This document shows, piece after piece, positions 28,087-36,195 of a DNA stretch of 64,000 nt. The translations under genes and the position numbers were made by a program. The stretch covers positions 377,933-441,932 of the forward strand of contig JBBATK010000001.1 of the NCBI GenBank assembly GCA_040398805.1, read 5' to 3'. Origin of the DNA: Candidatus Kapaibacterium sp. Its GTDB lineage: Bacteria; Bacteroidota; Ignavibacteria; Kapaibacteriales; NICIL-2. Below the pieces are notes generated by a model. The model made no database searches, had not been told where the DNA came from, and saw only the letters and a program-made list of their open reading frames with translations. How positions within the stretch are numbered: the first letter of the stretch is position 1; each line of letters begins with the position of its first letter.

Positions 28087-29958
28087 TCAGCTGGTGCGAC
28101 CGAATCGACGATCGAACTCTTTGAGGTCGAAACGTATGAGTACGGGACGTCCGTGCGGACAGACCTCGGGCACCGACGTCTTGAACAGATCCTCGACAAG
28201 TTTCCGCATCTCCGGCGCACTCAGCGGATCACCGGCTTTGATCGATGCCCTGCAGGCAAACGACGCCGCGAGATTATCTCTGGATTCCGCCGCCCGCACG
28301 TGCCGATACTCATTGAACTGTTCGATGATTTCCAGGAGAGCGGATGATTCTTCGCCTGTTCGTACATCGAGGGGCACGCCAACCACGCGAACCTCCTGAT
28401 CGAAGACATCGAACTCGAAGCCCAGATCGCGCAGGTCGTGAGCGAGTTCGTCGAAAGTGATGCGATCCACCGGACTCATGTTCACGGGTACAGGAAAGAG
28501 AAGTTTCTGTGAGTACGGCATTCCCTCGTTCAATGCCGAGCGAGCCTTCTCGTAAAGGATGCGTTCATGGGCGATGTGCTGATCGACAACGATGAGTCCG
28601 TCGGCTGATTGCACGAAGATGTACTTGTTATGCAATTGCCACACGTGGGCCGCCGCAACCTCTGTTTGCGGCATCACTTCCGCTTGATCGATTTGTCGCG
28701 CCCGCACTTCCTCGGCCGAGTAGAACAAGGCCTCGAAGGCCGTCCGGTGATCGGCCGACCACGCAGGGGACGTCCGTTCCCGTGAAGGCATGGGTGCATC
28801 GCTCCGGGCGAACGAGGAGGATGGTGGCTGTGTCCTCTCGATGATCTCGCCCGTCTGCGTGTTCACGAGGACGACATCAGACGGACCGTTGGCGGAGGGT
28901 CCGAGGCGCAAGCGCTCGAACGGATCCTGTGCTTCGTCGAGCCGGAAGCGCACTTCGGGAATGAGATTGTTCGCCCGAAGCGCCTTCATCACCGCCTCGT
29001 GGACGATGTCGTAGACGAGTCGTTCATTGTCGAACTTCACTTCCGTCTTCTGGGGATGCACGTTCACATCGATCTTCGTCGGGTCGAGTTCGATGTTCAA
29101 CACGTACATGGGGAACTGTGTCTTTTCCAGCAAGTGCTCGAATCCCTGCATCACGGCATGAGAGATGGATTTGTTGGCGATACCCCGATGATTGAGGAAC
29201 AGGAACTGCTGCGCCCGCGTGGTCCTGGCGATGTTCGGTTTTCCGACGAACCCGTACACGTGCATGTGTTCGGTTTCCAGTTCTACGGGGACGATGGACC
29301 GAAGGACGTTCTCGCCGAAGAGCTCACCGATGCGCTCGTTCAAGGTCTGTGGACGTACGTCGAAGATGAGCGAATCGCCATCATGGAACGTGAAACGTCG
29401 GTCGGGATAACTGAGGGCGAAACGCAGCATCGTGTCGCTGATATGCCGGAATTCCGTGACGTCGCTCCGAAGGAACTTGCGACGGGCGGGGATGTTGAAG
29501 AACAGGTTCCGCACCAACACCTGTGTTCCCCGTTCCTGTCGTTCGGGACGTATGACGATGTCGCGAAGGGGCTCGGATTCAAGCACCCAGCCGTGCGGGT
29601 CATCCTCCCGCTTCGTTCGTATCTCCACGTGCGCCACGCTGCTGATGGAAGCAAGCGCCTCGCCGCGGAATCCCAGCGTGACGATCCGCTCGAGATCCTG
29701 CTGTGTGCGGATCTTCGATGTGGCGTGACGCTTGAGCGCCACGTCGAGGTCGTCGCGAGACATCCCTGAACCGTCGTCGATGACGTGGATCATCGCTTTC
29801 CCTGCCTGCCTGACAACCACGGTGACATGATCGGCACCCGCATCTATGGCGTTCTCCACCAACTCCTTGACGACCGATTCGGGTCGCTGGACGACTTCGC
29901 CGGCGGCGATCTGGTTCGCGAGGAACTCCGGAAGGATATGAATGATACTGTCGGACAT
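28087..29958 (-). CDS. mutL: DNA mismatch repair protein MutL
   Basis: The GHKL ATPase N-terminus (MSDSIIHILPEFLANQIAAGEVVQRPESVVKELVENAIDAGA...DDGSGM) is conserved. The C-terminal MutL dimerisation/endonuclease region has the DQHIAHERILYEK motif. The ORF track gives 30003 as the start; the ATG at 29958 fits the conserved N-terminus. Confidence 0.9.
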   Translation of the reverse strand: MSDSIIHILPEFLANQIAAGEVVQRPESVVKELVENAIDAGADHVTVVVRQAGKAMIHVIDDGSGMSRDDLDVALKRHATSKIRTQQDLERIVTLGFRGEALASISSVAHVEIRTKREDDPHGWVLESEPLRDIVIRPERQERGTQVLVRNLFFNIPARRKFLRSDVTEFRHISDTMLRFALSYPDRRFTFHDGDSLIFDVRPQTLNERIGELFGENVLRSIVPVELETEHMHVYGFVGKPNIARTTRAQQFLFLNHRGIANKSISHAVMQGFEHLLEKTQFPMYVLNIELDPTKIDVNVHPQKTEVKFDNERLVYDIVHEAVMKALRANNLIPEVRFRLDEAQDPFERLRLGPSANGPSDVVLVNTQTGEIIERTQPPSSSFARSDAPMPSRERTSPAWSADHRTAFEALFYSAEEVRARQIDQAEVMPQTEVAAAHVWQLHNKYIFVQSADGLIVVDQHIAHERILYEKARSALNEGMPYSQKLLFPVPVNMSPVDRITFDELAHDLRDLGFEFDVFDQEVRVVGVPLDVRTGEESSALLEIIEQFNEYRHVRAAESRDNLAASFACRASIKAGDPLSAPEMRKLVEDLFKTSVPEVCPHGRPVLIRFDLKEFDRRFGRTS

Positions 29959-30171
29959 GATGCACGAACGAGTCGATGAGCGGAAGAGACTATGCTTCTG
30001 CACCGGTTACCCTGACGGCGCAGTGTGCAAAAGTACAAGGAAGTCCGTACGTCCGGGAACATCTGGGCATGAACGATCACGCCGGATCATCGAAATCGGG
30101 ACACGACCAGAGGGACGCGACACCTCGAAGCTCCCGACACGAAGGTGCGGTGCGATCGGCGTGCGATGCTT

Positions 30172-31521
30172 CTATGCCTTCGTGAATTCCAGACCACCCG
30201 TCTCCCGGACGCGGACGTGGACGGTATCGCCGGAGGCGAAATCGCCCGCAAGAATCCTCATGGCGAGGACATCGGTAAGGTATCTCTGCAGGGCGCGCTT
30301 GAGCGGACGCGCTCCGTATTGCGGGTCGTACCCGATCTGCGCAATCCAATCCAGAACATCCTCATGAACGTCGATGCCGATGCCCTCGTTCGTCAGCTTG
30401 TTCCTGAGCGAGCGAAGGTGCAGGTGAACGATCTGCCGGATCTCCGAACGGGTCAACGGCTTGAAAAGGATGATCTCATCGATGCGATTGAGGAACTCCG
30501 GTCGCATGCGCTGTCGCAAGAGCTCCAGGATGTGGACGCGTGCGCTGTTGACGAGTTCGTCGCGATTCTCGTCCGTCACATCATGGAGCTTGTCCTGCAG
30601 GAACTCCGTTCCGAGATTCGATGTCATGATGACGATGGTGTTCGTGAAGTTCACCGTGCGACCTTTGGAATCGGTAAGGCGGCCGTCGTCCAACACCTGC
30701 AAGAGGATGTTGAAGACGTCATTGTGCGCTTTCTCGATCTCATCGAACAGGACGACGGAGTATGGACGCTGACGGACCGCTTCCGTAAGCTGACCGCCCT
30801 CCTCGTATCCTACATATCCGGGAGGTGCTCCGATGAGGCGGGAAACGGAATGCTTCTCCATGTACTCGGTCATGTCCAGGCGGACGATCGCCGATTCGTC
30901 GTCGAAGAGGAATTCGGCGAGCGCCTTGGCCACTTCCGTTTTTCCCACGCCCGTCGTACCAAGGAAGATGAACGACCCTATGGGCTTGTTGGCATCGGAA
31001 AGTCCGGCTCGAGAGCGTCGGATGGCGTTGGCGATGACACGGATGGCATCGCTCTGATTGATGACCCGCTCGTGTAACCGTTCCTCCATCGAGAGAAGTT
31101 TGGCCCGTTCTGTTTCCAGCATACGTTGCACGGGGATGCCCGTCCAGCGGGCGACGATCTCGGCGATGTCTTCGGCGCCGACTTCTTCCTTCAGCATCTT
31201 GCCCTGACTCTGCGTGGCATCGAGCTGTCGCTTTTCTTCTTCGAGCTTCTTCGTGAGCGAATGCAGCTGTCCATAGCGCAGTTCCGCCACTTTGCCAAGG
31301 TCTCCCGTACGTTCGGCCGCCTCGGCGTCGCGCTTCGTCTGCTCGATCTGCTCCTTGAGCGATCGAAGGGACTGGATGTGTTCCTTCTCCACGCTCCACC
31401 GTGATTTCAGGGTATGATACTCTTCGCGCAACTCGTTCAATTCGCGCTCGATCTCGTCGAGCCGCTTCCTCGTGGCCGATGTGGAATCGTTCGTGGACAT
31501 GCGTGCCTCTGCTGTTTGCAT
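30172..31521 (-). CDS. clpB: ClpB-family AAA+ chaperone homolog, N-terminally truncated (begins in the middle-domain coiled coil; contains only NBD2 and the C-terminal domain); possible gene remnant or stand-alone fragment
   Basis: 449 aa. Coiled coil (LDEIERELNELREEYHTLKSRW...) aligns to ClpB M-domain motif 2. The NBD2 Walker A FLGTTGVGKTEVAKALA, sensor/arginine finger and ClpB C-terminal domain are intact. The N-domain and NBD1 are absent. An in-frame TAA lies 4 codons upstream of the ATG, and only ~130 bp separate it from the divergent plsY. Confidence 0.75.
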   Translation of the reverse strand: MQTAEARMSTNDSTSATRKRLDEIERELNELREEYHTLKSRWSVEKEHIQSLRSLKEQIEQTKRDAEAAERTGDLGKVAELRYGQLHSLTKKLEEEKRQLDATQSQGKMLKEEVGAEDIAEIVARWTGIPVQRMLETERAKLLSMEERLHERVINQSDAIRVIANAIRRSRAGLSDANKPIGSFIFLGTTGVGKTEVAKALAEFLFDDESAIVRLDMTEYMEKHSVSRLIGAPPGYVGYEEGGQLTEAVRQRPYSVVLFDEIEKAHNDVFNILLQVLDDGRLTDSKGRTVNFTNTIVIMTSNLGTEFLQDKLHDVTDENRDELVNSARVHILELLRQRMRPEFLNRIDEIILFKPLTRSEIRQIVHLHLRSLRNKLTNEGIGIDVHEDVLDWIAQIGYDPQYGARPLKRALQRYLTDVLAMRILAGDFASGDTVHVRVRETGGLEFTKA

Positions 31522-31580
31522 GACGGAAAATTATTGCTCTGTGGTACGACGAAGAACGACGACACTTTCGTGCATTGTGG

Positions 31581-31588
31581 TAGATTTG
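31581..31588 (+). promoter_or_regulatory. Candidate -7 promoter element (TAGATTTG) for plsY-gpsA, followed by a 5'-UTR hairpin
   Basis: TAGATTTG matches TAnnTTTG 64 nt upstream of the plsY ATG. A perfect 7-bp hairpin CGAGACG-AAAA-CGTCTCG (31600-31617) lies in the leader. Confidence 0.3.
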
Positions 31589-31651
31589 TCCACTCGTTTC
31601 GAGACGAAAACGTCTCGTGACTCCAGTGAACATTCTGACTGCATCCCGACT

Positions 31652-32347
31652 ATGATCGACCCGACGTTCCGACTCATTCTTATCGGTATAGCCAGCTACC
31701 TGGTGGGTTCCTTCCCCACTGCCGTCATCATCAGCAAGCGCTTCTTCGGATTCGATATCAGGACCAAAGGAAGCGGCAACATGGGGAGCACCAATGCATT
31801 CCGCCTTCTCGGTTGGAAATGGGGTCTCACCGTCCAGGTCGTCGACATTCTCAAAGGTCTCATCGCCGTCCTCTTCATCTCGCATCTCATGGAGGGAAGA
31901 GCGCTTCCCTTCACTAATCGGACACCGTTCGAGGATTATACGGTCGTCAAGCTCATCGCCGGAGCGTCGGCCGTCCTCGGTCACATTTTCAGCGTTTTCG
32001 TCGGCTTTAAAGGAGGCAAAGGAGTCAATACGGCCGCCGGCATGCTCATCGGCATCGCCCCGGTAGAGGTTGCCATCGCTGCCGGCGTCTTCTGCATCGC
32101 CGTCATACTCAGCGGCTATATCTCCCTGGGATCCATCCTTGCTGCCGTCATCATTCCCAGCGCCATGGCATTCCGCTACAATGTGTTCGGCGCAGAGATC
32201 AACGGATACCACACGCTCATCTGGTTTTCCATCAGCGTCTCGCTCCTGGTCATCTACATGCATCGCGGAAACATCCGCCGCTTGCTGGAGGGCACGGAAA
32301 GGAAGATGACCGGACTGCAGATCCTCCGTCGTCCGAAAGGCACGTGA
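31652..32347 (+). CDS. plsY: Glycerol-3-phosphate acyltransferase PlsY (acyl-phosphate dependent)
   Basis: MIDPTFRLILIGIASYLVGSFPTAVIISKRFFGFDIRTKGSGNMGSTNAFRLLG: PlsY signature with multiple TM helices, ~231 aa. Confidence 0.9.
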   Translation: MIDPTFRLILIGIASYLVGSFPTAVIISKRFFGFDIRTKGSGNMGSTNAFRLLGWKWGLTVQVVDILKGLIAVLFISHLMEGRALPFTNRTPFEDYTVVKLIAGASAVLGHIFSVFVGFKGGKGVNTAAGMLIGIAPVEVAIAAGVFCIAVILSGYISLGSILAAVIIPSAMAFRYNVFGAEINGYHTLIWFSISVSLLVIYMHRGNIRRLLEGTERKMTGLQILRRPKGT

Positions 32348-32399
32348 TCACGGTTGCTTTTCTATCTGCGCCGACGACGCAACCTTTCGTGAGATCCTT

Positions 32400-33392
32400 A
32401 TGAACATAGGAGTAATCGGTGCGGGCGGTTGGGGTACGGCCTTGGCGAACGTTGCGGCCGCGAACGGACACGAAGTGACCATGTGGTCGCGATCATCGGC
32501 ACTGGTCGAAGAGATCAATACGTCGCATAGGAACAACACCTACCTTCCCGACGTTGCCGTTCATGCATCCGTCGTGGCCGGCACGGACCCGCATATCGTC
32601 CATGGATCGGACATCCTCGTGGTGAGCGTTCCTACCCAGTTCATCCGGTCTGTCATCGAATGCTACGATTTCCGTATCCGCGAGTCGCTCATCGCCAATG
32701 CCTCGAAAGGCATCGAGAACAAAACTCTTCTTCGCGTCTCCCAACTCCTCAGGGACGTTGCCAGGATCGATAGGGACAACTATGCCGTCCTCACCGGTCC
32801 CAGTCACGCCGAAGAAGTGATTCGCGGCGTTCCGACCACCGTCCTTGCGGCGTCGTCGGATGAAGACACCGCGCACCAGATCCAACGTGCCTTCTCCAAT
32901 GCCACCTTCCGGGTGTATCGCAGTAACGATGTCATCGGTGCGGAACTCGGCGGCGCATTGAAGAACGTCATCGCTATCGCGGCGGGAATCATCGACGGAC
33001 TGGGAACGGGTGACAATACGAAGGCGGCGCTCATCACGCGCGGACTTGCCGAAATCACCCGACTCGGGGTGGTTCTCGGAGCCAATCCGGCCACCTTCAG
33101 CGGTCTGAGCGGTCTGGGCGACCTGATCGTGACCTGCGATTCACGTCACTCGCGGAATCGTCATGTTGGAGAAGAAATAGGGCGCGGGAAATCCCTTCGA
33201 GCCATTCTCGCGGAATCGCCCATGGTTGCCGAGGGAGTGGCCACGACAGAGTCTGCGTACCAGCTCGCGCAACGCCACCATGTGGAGATGCCCATCGTCG
33301 AGCAAGTGTATCAGATCCTCTTCTTCGACAAATCCCCGCGCATGGCGATCAACGAACTCATGACGCGCGAATTCAAGTCCGAGGTCCAGTGA
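32400..33392 (+). CDS. gpsA: NAD(P)H-dependent glycerol-3-phosphate dehydrogenase
   Basis: Rossmann start MNIGVIGAGGWGTALA, catalytic region GxxGNxxxAxxTRG (ALITRGLAEITRLG). 330 aa. Conserved plsY-gpsA pairing. Confidence 0.92.
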   Translation: MNIGVIGAGGWGTALANVAAANGHEVTMWSRSSALVEEINTSHRNNTYLPDVAVHASVVAGTDPHIVHGSDILVVSVPTQFIRSVIECYDFRIRESLIANASKGIENKTLLRVSQLLRDVARIDRDNYAVLTGPSHAEEVIRGVPTTVLAASSDEDTAHQIQRAFSNATFRVYRSNDVIGAELGGALKNVIAIAAGIIDGLGTGDNTKAALITRGLAEITRLGVVLGANPATFSGLSGLGDLIVTCDSRHSRNRHVGEEIGRGKSLRAILAESPMVAEGVATTESAYQLAQRHHVEMPIVEQVYQILFFDKSPRMAINELMTREFKSEVQ

Positions 33393-33428
33393 TGGATGAC
33401 ATCATTCGGCGCTGATTTCCGGCAGTGA

Positions 33429-34340
33429 TCAGCACTCGTACATGTCGGGTCGACGGTCAGTGAAGATGTCATTGATGCTGTTGAACATCTTGTTCCGTGT
33501 GCTCATGAAATCCAGGTCCGCGATGATGACATCGTCGGCACCGGCCGGTGAAACCGCGAGACGTTCCCCCTTGTAGTCATAGATGGCGCTTTCTCCTCTG
33601 AACACGAGCTCCTCATCATCACGGCTTTCCGTACCCCACCGATTGGTCACCACCAGGTTCACTTTGTTCTCGATCGCACGCGCCGGCATCACTTTACCCG
33701 ACAGCGTCGTGACAAGGTTCGACGGACACAGAACGATGTCCGCACCGCGAAGCGCCAAGCTCCTTGCTGCTTCCGGGAACCGCCAGTCGTAGCAGATCAT
33801 CACACCGATGCGTGCACCTGTGCGCGGTTCGTCGACGACAAAGAAGCCCGAGTCCCCCTGGGAGAAACAATTCCTTTCTTTATAGAACAGATGGGTCTTG
33901 CGGTACACCATAGGTTCGCAATGCGGACGGAAGATGGCGGCTGAGTTGAAGAACCCGTTCGCAGCACGTTCCGCGAATCCCACGACGAGGGTTTTGTTCT
34001 CCGCATCGCTTGCCTCGCGCATGCTTACCATCGCTTCATCGCTAAGGTCCATGGACACTCCTCGCACTTCCTCCTCGCTAAGGAAAAAGTACCCGCACGT
34101 CGCCAATTCGGGAAACACGACGACATCGGCTTCCACTTGCGAAAAGGCATCGAGGATACGACGGCAATTACCCGCGACGTCGAAGAGCACGGGTGCGGAT
34201 TGGACGGAAGCGACGCGGCACGTGGATGAGGATGAATCTGCCATAAGAAGCTGTGGAAGGGATGATACGGAATCCTTACTCGCGAATGGTCGTCTCCAGG
34301 ACTTCTTGTATGTCTTTAGGAACCGAGCGTAGCAGATCAT
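33429..34340 (-). CDS. Carbon-nitrogen hydrolase (nitrilase/amidase superfamily)
   Basis: Catalytic E-K-C context: VVFPELATCGY..., ...YRKTHLF..., ...IGVMICYDWRFPE. Possible start at 34244 (MADSSSST...). Confidence 0.8.
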   Translation of the reverse strand: MICYARFLKTYKKSWRRPFASKDSVSSLPQLLMADSSSSTCRVASVQSAPVLFDVAGNCRRILDAFSQVEADVVVFPELATCGYFFLSEEEVRGVSMDLSDEAMVSMREASDAENKTLVVGFAERAANGFFNSAAIFRPHCEPMVYRKTHLFYKERNCFSQGDSGFFVVDEPRTGARIGVMICYDWRFPEAARSLALRGADIVLCPSNLVTTLSGKVMPARAIENKVNLVVTNRWGTESRDDEELVFRGESAIYDYKGERLAVSPAGADDVIIADLDFMSTRNKMFNSINDIFTDRRPDMYEC

Positions 34341-35109
34341 ATCCTGTCTGTTGCTCGATGTTTCTGACCGTCGTCCTGTATCGCTCCCAATTGTTGTTGG
34401 CCGTGGTATACGTTCCGTTGTTCATCATCACGGCGATGACCCGCGTATTCTTCGTCACATGTCTCAGTCTGCTTCCTCGATCCATGATGACGACGACCTT
34501 CCAGCAGGAATCAGGAACGGTGACGACATTCTTCAGCCGCTTCTTGGTGTTGTACACCCCGCCGGCCATCACGTAGAGCGTCTTGTTCGCCTCCTTGCTC
34601 AGCGAGTCGCAATAATATTCAAGGGAGTACCATGTCTCCCGATTCAGATCCGGGGTCTGCGGGAATACGTTCGAGAAATAGAACGTGGATTGGTTATCGG
34701 AATCGTTGCGGGTACGGCACTCGCTTCCCACGATGTGACCGCGGTCGTAACCGCTCCCCGTGTAGTAGGAATCCAGAATGCGCGTGAAGGAAGCAGGCAG
34801 ATCCGGGTCATGGACGAAGGCATCACGCCGAGGCGCAGGGCCGTACCACGCGGAGTCTTCGTTCCAGCTCACCCAATTGGCCACGTTCAGGACGGGATTA
34901 TAGGAGAGCGTGTACTGGAATCGGCGCAGAAGGATATCGTCATCCGGGGTCGCATCCGTGGGCACACCAAGCTCTGTCGGCGCGGAGAAAAAGAGGCTGA
35001 CGGGCGGGTCCGTGGGTTCTTCGACATTCTTACATCCGTCGAACACGACAATCGTGGCGACAAACAGGACGAGGCCGAATACCACACGATGCCGATGAGA
35101 GCGGGTCAT
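34276..35109 (-). CDS. Lipoprotein DNA/RNA non-specific endonuclease (Serratia NucA / EndoG family)
   Basis: Signal/lipobox VVFDGC. Active-site motif GYDRGHIVGS with downstream N...N (NVFPQTPDLNRETW), characteristic of beta-beta-alpha-Me non-specific nucleases. Confidence 0.8.
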   Translation of the reverse strand: MTRSHRHRVVFGLVLFVATIVVFDGCKNVEEPTDPPVSLFFSAPTELGVPTDATPDDDILLRRFQYTLSYNPVLNVANWVSWNEDSAWYGPAPRRDAFVHDPDLPASFTRILDSYYTGSGYDRGHIVGSECRTRNDSDNQSTFYFSNVFPQTPDLNRETWYSLEYYCDSLSKEANKTLYVMAGGVYNTKKRLKNVVTVPDSCWKVVVIMDRGSRLRHVTKNTRVIAVMMNNGTYTTANNNWERYRTTVRNIEQQTGYDLLRSVPKDIQEVLETTIRE

Positions 35110-35343
35110 AGCAAGACGTGTTGTTTTCGTTCAAGATACGACACCGGCTCCTACCCTTGAAAGAAACTGACGTATATCAGTGTTCGCCATGATACCGGTC
35201 ATGGGTGCACTCGCTCCACGGAGCGAAGTTCGCAACAGAAGCTTGATGCAGCGTGGATGAGCCAAGCGGAAGAGGAATCCGTCAGCTCTTCACGCGATCG
35301 CGCTCGCTTCGAGTCCTTGTTCCACGAACCTATGGGAGGTACC

Positions 35344-36099
35344 ATGAAAACCATATTCACCGCCGTTACCACGATCGTCATCATCGCAGCGTTGTTCGCT
35401 TCCTGCCAGGAGGCGCTGGGTCCGAACGACTTAGGCGGCTCCGGCGTACCGGAGCTCTGCGATGTGGGTAAGAAATACTCGGGCACGGTGAGCGTACCCG
35501 GAACGTACATTCCGGGATTCGATCATATGACACAGGAAGCAGTGGTGACGAAGAACGATAACGGTAACATCACGATTGCCGTGAACCTCACGTTCGACTC
35601 CGTCTTCGTGAAGGCACTCGACAATGCTCTCGGTACGAGCAGTCTGCCGGAGGGTATCCGTGCAAGCGTCATCTCGGAGTACGCACGTCGGTACGGTGCA
35701 ACGTTGGACACAATGAACAAGGCCTCCATGAAGGCGCATGTGGACTTCACGTTGAAAGTCACAACTGAAGGCATCCAGGAGTATGTGAACGCACGTGGCG
35801 ATCAATCCAAACCGTACACCATTGTCAAATACGCCGCCAATGTCGGTGACACGTATACGTACACCAATGCCGATGGTGTCACGATCACCCGGAAGGTCAC
35901 GTACAAATCCACGACGGACGATTATCCCCTGGCTTTTTGGAATATCAAGGTGACGAAAGTCGAGGAGACAAAGGACGACCTTTTCATGGAGAAGGTCACC
36001 TACTACACGAATCACAAATTCGGATTGGTCGGCGTGTTGCTGCGCACCAAGACGGGAAAAGAGTTGAAGATCGGCATCTTTCCTCCGAACCTGCAATAA
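35344..36099 (+). CDS. Hypothetical lipoprotein (252 aa), divergent from the nuclease gene
   Basis: Signal peptide and lipobox MKTIFTAVTTIVIIAALFASC. No recognisable domain; beta-rich Thr/Lys/Val composition. Confidence 0.5.
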   Translation: MKTIFTAVTTIVIIAALFASCQEALGPNDLGGSGVPELCDVGKKYSGTVSVPGTYIPGFDHMTQEAVVTKNDNGNITIAVNLTFDSVFVKALDNALGTSSLPEGIRASVISEYARRYGATLDTMNKASMKAHVDFTLKVTTEGIQEYVNARGDQSKPYTIVKYAANVGDTYTYTNADGVTITRKVTYKSTTDDYPLAFWNIKVTKVEETKDDLFMEKVTYYTNHKFGLVGVLLRTKTGKELKIGIFPPNLQ

Positions 36100-36126
36100 T
36101 GTAGTAGTCCGGGCAGGAAGAAAAAA

Positions 36127-36153
36127 GCGCGACGCGGTACCACCGCGTCGCGC
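36127..36153. terminator. Bidirectional rho-independent terminator between convergent genes
   Basis: Perfect 11-bp inverted repeat GCGCGACGCGG-TACCA-CCGCGTCGCGC, flanked by GAAAAAA upstream and TTCGTTTTT downstream. Confidence 0.7.
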
Positions 36154-36195
36154 TTCGTTTTTCGACGGACGTTTCCTTCTCTGCCTACCGAGTCA

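Noticed and set aside
31597-31620. Hairpin CGAGACG-AAAA-CGTCTCG upstream of plsY considered as a terminator or riboswitch
   Set aside because: There is no U-tract on either strand, and it is too short for a known riboswitch class. It is more likely a simple 5'-UTR structure, so it is folded into the promoter note rather than reported separately.
30740-32263. 507-aa minus-strand ORF spanning the clpB fragment and plsY
   Set aside because: It is out of frame with the conserved ClpB reading frame and antisense to plsY. It is Arg/Gly/Asp-rich low-complexity sequence typical of GC-driven open frames.
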